In this document: piece by piece, positions 26,856-32,000 of the stretch
Layout of the letters: every line of letters starts with the position of its first letter
Numbering within the stretch: position 1 is the stretch's first letter
Source: Psychrobacter sp. DM4
Lineage (GTDB): Bacteria; Pseudomonadota; Gammaproteobacteria; Pseudomonadales; Moraxellaceae
Direction: 5' to 3'
DNA length: 32,000 nucleotides
Assembly (NCBI RefSeq): GCF_051307035.1
Contig: NZ_CP195536.1
Coordinates: forward strand, 2,790,001-2,822,000
The notes under the pieces: generated by a model
Databases searched by the model: none
What the model was told of the DNA's origin: nothing
The model's input: the letters and a program-made list of their open reading frames with translations, nothing else
Position numbers and translations under genes: made by a program

Positions 26856-27665
26856 TCACATCTTTTCTAGATAGCTAGTCGTTAATATAGGTATCACAGG
26901 CTGCCGCGTCCACTCAGGTGCCTGAGCATCCAAACGTGTGGCAAGCTCTGGCAGATGATTGGTGGGTACGGCTGGGAATAGATGATGTTCGATATGGTAG
27001 AGCAGATTAAAAGTCAACAGATTAATAAAGGGGCGACGCTCACTGCGAGCGAAAACGCCCTCATCACAGCCATGATGGACGCTCCATACTGCAAAGAAGC
27101 CGACCATAGTATTAGCAAGTATCATGACCAGCACATGATAGATTAAGACAGGATACATAGTGATAAAAGCGGCTGCCGTTACAGTGACTATCAACATCAT
27201 ATCGATAGCGACAAGCAAGCGGTTACGATGACTGCCATGAGTCAGGCCAAACCACTGAATCGCTATCGAAAATAACCCACCGCCAAGTATCGCTTGGTAC
27301 CAAGGCAACCGTGCCCAGTTGCCCTCGACATCGCTCTCCCCTAGCGGATCGCGATGATGATTGAGGTGAGTGTGGCGAATCGCATGCGTACTACAGAGCA
27401 TTGTGATGCTGAGCACAAATAGCATGAGCTCGGTTGCAACCTTGCCGACACCTAAAGTATGGTGATAACAGTCGTGAGCCTGCCTGAGTGCGGCGGTAAA
27501 AAAGAAAAACGTCCCTACTAGTGCCAGTAGCCAAAACCCTTGCCATGCACTCCACCATGACCATAGTAAAAACGGCAATGACAGTAATACGTTGTAAATA
27601 ACTTCGGCAAGACGCAGTTGACGTAAGTCTTGCCACTCGATTTTGTTGAGCGAAGGATGACGCAT
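26856..27665 (-). CDS. Membrane fatty-acid desaturase family protein
   Basis: Three His boxes (HDCYHH, HLNHH, HIEHH) and TM segments. ATG 27665 has AAGGAG upstream; the track extension to 27779 was rejected. Confidence 0.8.
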   Translation of the reverse strand: MRHPSLNKIEWQDLRQLRLAEVIYNVLLSLPFLLWSWWSAWQGFWLLALVGTFFFFTAALRQAHDCYHHTLGVGKVATELMLFVLSITMLCSTHAIRHTHLNHHRDPLGESDVEGNWARLPWYQAILGGGLFSIAIQWFGLTHGSHRNRLLVAIDMMLIVTVTAAAFITMYPVLIYHVLVMILANTMVGFFAVWSVHHGCDEGVFARSERRPFINLLTFNLLYHIEHHLFPAVPTNHLPELATRLDAQAPEWTRQPVIPILTTSYLEKM

Positions 27666-27717
27666 GGTGTTCTCCTTAATTATCCAACTATGCAAATATC
27701 CACTTATATAATTTACT

Positions 27718-27743
27718 TTATTTCTGTCAAAACTGAAATAATA
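27718..27743. promoter_or_regulatory. Operator-like motif copy A, upstream of the desaturase gene
   Basis: TTATTTCTGTCAAAACTGAAATAATA contains the inverted repeat TTATTTC-N10-GAAATAA and lies 52 nt upstream of the start. Confidence 0.5.
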
Positions 27744-27863
27744 GGCTAAATAATTAGGCGGTTTATAGATTGCGTCCAAACCGCCTAGCTATATTTAAAC
27801 GTTGCTACATTGCTTAGAAGTTTCACATGAAACAAAACCAATCCCTAAGCTTATAAACATATC

Positions 27864-28826
27864 TTACTGCTGCTCTTCTAAGGCCTGCTTGAGTATTGGC
27901 TGTTTAAACTCATAGCCGGCGTCTTGCAAGGCTTGCGGGAGTACCTTTTGTCCATCAATGAGTAACGTCGACATCTCACCGAACATGAGCTTCAGTAAAA
28001 ACTCTGGCAAAGTGAAAAACGTGGGACGATGTAACCAAGCGCCAAAGGTTTTAGTAAAAGTATGATTGCTCACAGGGTTAGGCGCGGTTAGGTTATAAAC
28101 GACAGCGGGCGTATCAGAACTGGTTTTTGTCGCGTTATTTTGGGTCACTTGGCTATCAATAGCACTATCAACGTGTTGCTCGATGATAAATATCACAGCC
28201 CCAACCCAGTCCTCACGGCTGATCCAGCTCATAACTTGCTGACCATCACCCAGTTGTCCACCAACGCCCATCTTAAATGGCATCATAAGTTTACCCAGCA
28301 TACCGCCTTCAGGATGCATCACAACACCTGTGCGCACAATAGCAACGGGCACGCCGTAATCAGTCGCTTTGAGCGCTAGTTGCTCCCAGGTATTACAGAG
28401 TTTATGCGAAAAATCGGTCTCATAGCCACTGCTCTCGGTTAACGGTTTGTCGCCTTGCGTGCCATACCAGCCAATCGCTGACCCGCTAACCATCAATTTG
28501 GGCTTAGTGCGACTACCAGCGATGTACTCAAGTAGTGATTCAGTTGGTTTGACGCGGCTGGCAAGTAATTGTTCCTTACGCTCATCACTCCAGCGCGAGT
28601 CAGCAATCCCCGCTCCTGCTAAGTTTAAAACGACATCAAAATCGTTATCGGTCTTGGCAAGCTCATCATAAGTCATCATATTGACACGACTTGGATGCGC
28701 TTGCGTCTTGTCCCGAGTGAGCCATGTGATATGCACCTCTTTGCCGTTGCCTTGATAACGACTGATGATCTCTTGGCTAAAAGCACTACCCAAAAACCCT
28801 GATCCGCCGCTAATTAAAATATTCAT
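27864..28826 (-). CDS. TIGR01777/YfcH-type SDR epimerase-family protein (NAD-binding domain plus DUF1731)
   Basis: MNILISGGSGFLGS Rossmann motif, with the C-terminal ...GQKVLPQALQDAGYEFKQP typical of this family. Confidence 0.8.
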   Translation of the reverse strand: MNILISGGSGFLGSAFSQEIISRYQGNGKEVHITWLTRDKTQAHPSRVNMMTYDELAKTDNDFDVVLNLAGAGIADSRWSDERKEQLLASRVKPTESLLEYIAGSRTKPKLMVSGSAIGWYGTQGDKPLTESSGYETDFSHKLCNTWEQLALKATDYGVPVAIVRTGVVMHPEGGMLGKLMMPFKMGVGGQLGDGQQVMSWISREDWVGAVIFIIEQHVDSAIDSQVTQNNATKTSSDTPAVVYNLTAPNPVSNHTFTKTFGAWLHRPTFFTLPEFLLKLMFGEMSTLLIDGQKVLPQALQDAGYEFKQPILKQALEEQQ

Positions 28827-28857
28827 TATAGTTTCCTTATTGACGATGATTTGTGCA

Positions 28858-29361
28858 TTATCTATCTAATCTTGCTGTATAAAATGTATCATTACCGATA
28901 TCGTGTGCTTTTCTACCGCTGTTGTCAAAATGGCTTTTAGTGAGTTTAGGTAAGGTAAAGTAGCCCGCTACCGTAGAGTTAATACCACCAAACAACCCGC
29001 CGATCAGCATAAATATGAGTAAGACTAAGATCTCCGATAAAGACCCTATACCTAGATATAACACTATAAAAGCGACATAAAGCGCTGACACCAAAAACCC
29101 TGTCAAAAAAGTAATCTTTGTAGCATTTTTTGCTCTTTGCTTTAGCTTGATAAAAGCTAATATACAGGCTGTTATAAATGCGGGTAAAAATCCAAACAAT
29201 CCCACGTATATCAGAGGCTGAAATCCTATCTGCGCAAGGCTTGATTCTCTGAAAATAATTAAGATGCTAAGCTCTGCTATCACTCCACCAAGAGCACTAC
29301 CAAGTGCTGAAAATAAAAGAACAACTTGTTGATAAGGGTAAGCCCCATTATTGTTTTTCAT
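28858..29361 (-). CDS. Small integral membrane protein (about 4 TM), function unknown
   Basis: Hydrophobic segments run throughout. It lies 31 bp upstream of the epimerase gene, so the two are probably one operon. Confidence 0.55.
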   Translation of the reverse strand: MKNNNGAYPYQQVVLLFSALGSALGGVIAELSILIIFRESSLAQIGFQPLIYVGLFGFLPAFITACILAFIKLKQRAKNATKITFLTGFLVSALYVAFIVLYLGIGSLSEILVLLIFMLIGGLFGGINSTVAGYFTLPKLTKSHFDNSGRKAHDIGNDTFYTARLDR

Positions 29362-29458
29362 TGTATTTATCCTAAAAGTAACTTGTGAGCTTAGTATAAA
29401 TATAGCGTTGGTGATGCCGATGAACTCTGTATGAATAACTGATGGAAAATAATTTTAT

Positions 29459-29484
29459 TTATTTCTGTCCAAACAGAAAATAAC
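29459..29484. promoter_or_regulatory. Operator-like motif copy B, upstream of the membrane-protein/epimerase operon
   Basis: TTATTTCTGTCCAAACAGAAAATAAC has the core palindrome TTTCTGT-ccaa-ACAGAAA. Confidence 0.5.
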
Positions 29485-29520
29485 ACTTAAATTTTTATTG
29501 AGATCAATACGACTTGACTA

Positions 29521-30039
29521 TTAACGCAAAACTTTTTTGATACTAGCGCCCAGCTTTAGTACCTTTTTAAGGATACTCGTTGGTAGTTTGAGCATCTCTG
29601 ATGACCACGTGGTTAATGTACTGACGAACTCTTGCGTATCACGAATACGGGCTTTAACTTCGCTATTCTCATGTTCAAACTCAGGACTATCCATCAGCTC
29701 GTGTAAGAATTGGACAGTAGGATCTAGCTCTCGCTTTTGCCGTTCAACAACGATAATACGTGCCAGCTCCCAAACATCGGTATTGGTCGTAAAATGATCG
29801 CGGCGATCACCCAATATCGATACCTTTTGCACCAGTCCCCAATTCTGTAGCTCCTTAATACTATTAGAAACGTTTGAGCGTGCCACGCCTAATGTCTCTG
29901 TAATCTCTTCGGCATTCAACGGTTTGCCAATCACGTAGAGCAAAGCATGAATCTGTGACATCGTACGATTGACACCCCATTTAGAGCCCATTTCGCCCCA
30001 ATGTAAGATAAATTTTTCGGTGACAGGGTTTAATTTCAT
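29521..30039 (-). CDS. Winged-helix transcriptional regulator, GbsR/MarR-like (COG1510-type)
   Basis: LGVARSNVSNSIKELQNWGLVQKVSILGDRRDHF resembles the GbsR-family HTH/wing signature. Confidence 0.6.
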   Translation of the reverse strand: MKLNPVTEKFILHWGEMGSKWGVNRTMSQIHALLYVIGKPLNAEEITETLGVARSNVSNSIKELQNWGLVQKVSILGDRRDHFTTNTDVWELARIIVVERQKRELDPTVQFLHELMDSPEFEHENSEVKARIRDTQEFVSTLTTWSSEMLKLPTSILKKVLKLGASIKKVLR

Positions 30040-30096
30040 GATGAATACGTACTCTTGACTTTTATGGTTTGTTTAAAGATATACTGCGCTATTCTT

Positions 30097-30122
30097 TTAT
30101 TTCTGTCAATACTGAAATAATA
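30097..30122. promoter_or_regulatory. Operator-like motif copy C, upstream of the regulator gene (putative autoregulation)
   Basis: TTATTTCTGTCAATACTGAAATAATA lies 58 nt upstream of the start at 30039. Confidence 0.5.
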
Positions 30123-30181
30123 AATATACGTTTTATTGTTAGTGACTTTTAATGAAGGCTGCTTTTATCAAATGACTATTT

Positions 30182-30808
30182 TTAACGGACGATTAGACCA
30201 GTAACTGCATCTCGTATTTGGCTTGGCTGCGTATAATTCAAAGTCTCCGCACTTAGATAACGTATTTTGTCATCAAAGTAGGCGCACGCTTCGGTGAGGG
30301 TTGTGGCAGGCGGCTGACCTGAAGGGTTACAACTGGTAGAGACAATAAAACCGTAAGGGTTAGTGGCAGACACTAGCCGCTGGCACAGCTGACGAATAAG
30401 AGGATGGGCGATGACTCTAACCGCAATGCTCTGATGCTCGCCCGTTATCCAAGAAGGAATAGTGCTGGTAAGCGTTTGAGAGATAGGCAAGAGCCAAGTA
30501 TGGGCTTGCTGATGTTGGACATCTATACTATCGCCAATCTGCCAGCTATGGATAATTTGTTGACGCATACCTTTATCTAAAGGGTCTAACAAGGGCATTA
30601 AACGCTCAATGCTGTTGGTTATGACAATCATGCCTTTGCGCTGCGGGCGCTGTTTGATGTCCAAGATACGCCGGACTGCTGTCTTATCATAGGCGTCACA
30701 GCCAATACCCCAAACGCTTTCGGTTGGATAAGCGAGCAGTTGTCCTTGTTTAAGCCATGTAGTAGCTTGATCGACGGATTCGGTAACATTGGCTTTGTAT
30801 GATGGCAT
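30182..30808 (-). CDS. tsaC: L-threonylcarbamoyladenylate synthase type 1 (YrdC-domain, t6A synthesis)
   Basis: LAYPTESVWGIGCDA, IKQRPQRKGMIV, SIAVRV..HPL, STSCNPSG and SQIRDAVTG parallel E. coli TsaC/YrdC. Confidence 0.88.
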   Translation of the reverse strand: MPSYKANVTESVDQATTWLKQGQLLAYPTESVWGIGCDAYDKTAVRRILDIKQRPQRKGMIVITNSIERLMPLLDPLDKGMRQQIIHSWQIGDSIDVQHQQAHTWLLPISQTLTSTIPSWITGEHQSIAVRVIAHPLIRQLCQRLVSATNPYGFIVSTSCNPSGQPPATTLTEACAYFDDKIRYLSAETLNYTQPSQIRDAVTGLIVR

Positions 30809-30885
30809 AGAGTGAACGTTAAAAGTAGTGGACTGAGAACATTATAAAAAGGTCAATACCGTGAAAGGCGCGCTAAAAATTATAG

Positions 30886-32000
30886 CTATATACGCAGATA
30901 ACGACCGCCCTGCTCACTAATGAGACCCAAGAGCTCAAGCTCCATGAGTTGACTAATAAGCTGCGAAGTTGTTAACGAAGTACTGGAAAGTAAAACATCT
31001 AAATCCTGACCATGCCAGTCAAGCTGCTCGTACACAGCAGCCAAATGCTCAGGTGTAACTACGTCAACCTTAGTCGTAGGAGCGGTGTTCGAAAGTTTTT
31101 GATCGTCTGGCAGGTAATCAGTGCTGTTATTGATGCGAGGTTTAGTTTTATTGACACTTGGATGAATTGATGGCGTATAAAGTTGGGCACTCACATCGTC
31201 CAATACTTGCTGCGGATGATATATCAAGGTTGCGCCTTCACGTATTAGATGATGGCAACCTTCAGCGTTGCTGTTGTCAATGTGACTGGGTACGGCAAAG
31301 ACTTGCTTGCCCTGCTCTGAGGTCAGACGTGCGGTAATCAGTGAACCGCTTTTTATCGTCGCTTCGGTCACTATCGTGGCTAGACTCAGACCTGCGACCA
31401 AGCGATTACGGCGCGGAAAGGTATGCTTGTGCGGCTGGGTATGCGGCAATAGCTCACTGATAAGACAGCCGCCTTGCTCGATGATTTTGCTAAAGAGTTG
31501 ATCGTGATGATTGGGATAGCTGATATTGATACCCGTACCCATAACCCCAATGGTGCGGCCCTTATACAGAGTATCCGTTTGCGTCAGTGCGCCTAAGTGC
31601 GCACACTTATCAACACCTATTGCCAGACCGCTAGTCACTACGTAGCCGGCTTGTACGAGATACTGTGCCATATCAAAGGTAATCTTTTGCGCATGAGTGC
31701 TAGGCTTGCGGCTACCAACAATAGCGATTTGAGGCTGCTGTAACAACGTATGATTACCACGATAAAACAACAATGGCGGTGGATCATATATTTGCGATAG
31801 TGATGTTGGATAATCAGGCTGATTGGCGAACAGGAGACCGTAGCGACCCTCTATCAGGGCTTGCTCAATTTTATCGAGATCAGTCTGTGTCTGCTCTGGG
31901 TTTTCATGGCGTTTGAGATGTGTATGGTGGATACCCAACTCTTGCCAAACGTTTGCTTTGGCTTGCCATGCCAGCTGCGCACTACCCAAATGACTAACCA
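30886..32000 (-). CDS. dprA: DNA-processing protein DprA/Smf; the 5' end runs off the window
   Basis: IAIVGSRKPS and SGLAIGVDKCAH Rossmann-like DprA motifs plus a C-terminal winged-helix-like tail. The frame stays open beyond the TTG at 31989 to the window edge. Confidence 0.88.
   Translation of the reverse strand, partial: VSHLGSAQLAWQAKANVWQELGIHHTHLKRHENPEQTQTDLDKIEQALIEGRYGLLFANQPDYPTSLSQIYDPPPLLFYRGNHTLLQQPQIAIVGSRKPSTHAQKITFDMAQYLVQAGYVVTSGLAIGVDKCAHLGALTQTDTLYKGRTIGVMGTGINISYPNHHDQLFSKIIEQGGCLISELLPHTQPHKHTFPRRNRLVAGLSLATIVTEATIKSGSLITARLTSEQGKQVFAVPSHIDNSNAEGCHHLIREGATLIYHPQQVLDDVSAQLYTPSIHPSVNKTKPRINNSTDYLPDDQKLSNTAPTTKVDVVTPEHLAAVYEQLDWHGQDLDVLLSSTSLTTSQLISQLMELELLGLISEQGGRYLRI

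Noticed and set aside
128-31501. Short ORFs in the six-frame track that lie antisense to or nested within long ORFs: 128-316, 295-477, 1807-2067, 3495-3701, 4169-4399, 4457-4759, 4503-4685, 6664-6897, 9935-10150, 12687-12938, 13361-13561, 16642-16824, 16808-17020, 17541-17801, 17683-18048, 18683-18922, 19280-19711, 20069-20344, 20472-20666, 22792-23106, 25853-26041, 26060-26251, 27391-27636, 28140-28379, 28447-28671, 29537-29797, 31307-31501.
   Set aside because: Each overlaps a longer ORF that has strong family motifs. Their translations are low-complexity (Ser/Leu/Cys-rich mirror-frame products), with no recognisable motif or ribosome-binding site.
1-32000. A search by eye for CRISPR arrays, tRNA/rRNA genes, integrase genes and att-type tRNA-flanking repeats.
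   Set aside because: No regularly spaced direct repeats, no cloverleaf-like or rRNA-like conserved stretches, and no tyrosine or serine recombinase motifs were recognised in any listed ORF.

Overview
No search tools were available, so every call rests on motif-level reading of the supplied ORFs and DNA. The window has two parts.

(A) 1-10804 is the right-hand portion of an AT-rich genomic island that continues past the left window edge. Its end has three TGTCAA-type repeats about 20 bp apart, with the terminal ...TTGACA at 10804. It interrupts the host competence gene comM after codon 299. This looks like a Tn7-superfamily end at a known comM hotspot.

Island cargo:
- (i) A giant helical-repeat protein with a central GreA/B C-terminal-like segment and a putative C-terminal PIN-like nuclease. 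A 108-aa ORF precedes it in the same reading frame, separated by a single TAA. The peptide G-x-G-D-N-V-G-x-D-K-(V/I)-I-N occurs on both sides of the stop. This is the best candidate for a poorly described conflict/defence system.
- (ii) A decayed C-terminal remnant of an MmeI/PglX-type methyltransferase.
- (iii) A Type IIS-like R-M module: a beta-class DPPY methyltransferase, an alpha-class D12/Dam-like methyltransferase and a single-HKD PLD-family nuclease.
- (iv) A less AT-rich three-gene block next to the transposon end: an orphan 562-aa protein translationally coupled to a DUF2511-like lipoprotein, then a secreted Excalibur-domain protein.

(B) 10805-32000 holds ordinary gammaproteobacterial core genes. 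A Moraxellaceae/Psychrobacter-like origin is an inference only. The genes are a penicillin/AHL-acylase family lipoprotein, hemN, qmcA-like SPFH plus NfeD, an OM beta-barrel protein, dnaK, grpE, an HSL-family esterase, two tandem membrane metallophosphoesterases, a DCC-family protein, a fatty-acid desaturase, a TIGR01777-type epimerase, a small membrane protein, a GbsR/MarR-like regulator, tsaC and dprA (5' end cut by the window). A 26-bp operator-like motif occurs three times around the regulator.

No rRNA, tRNA or CRISPR array was recognised.
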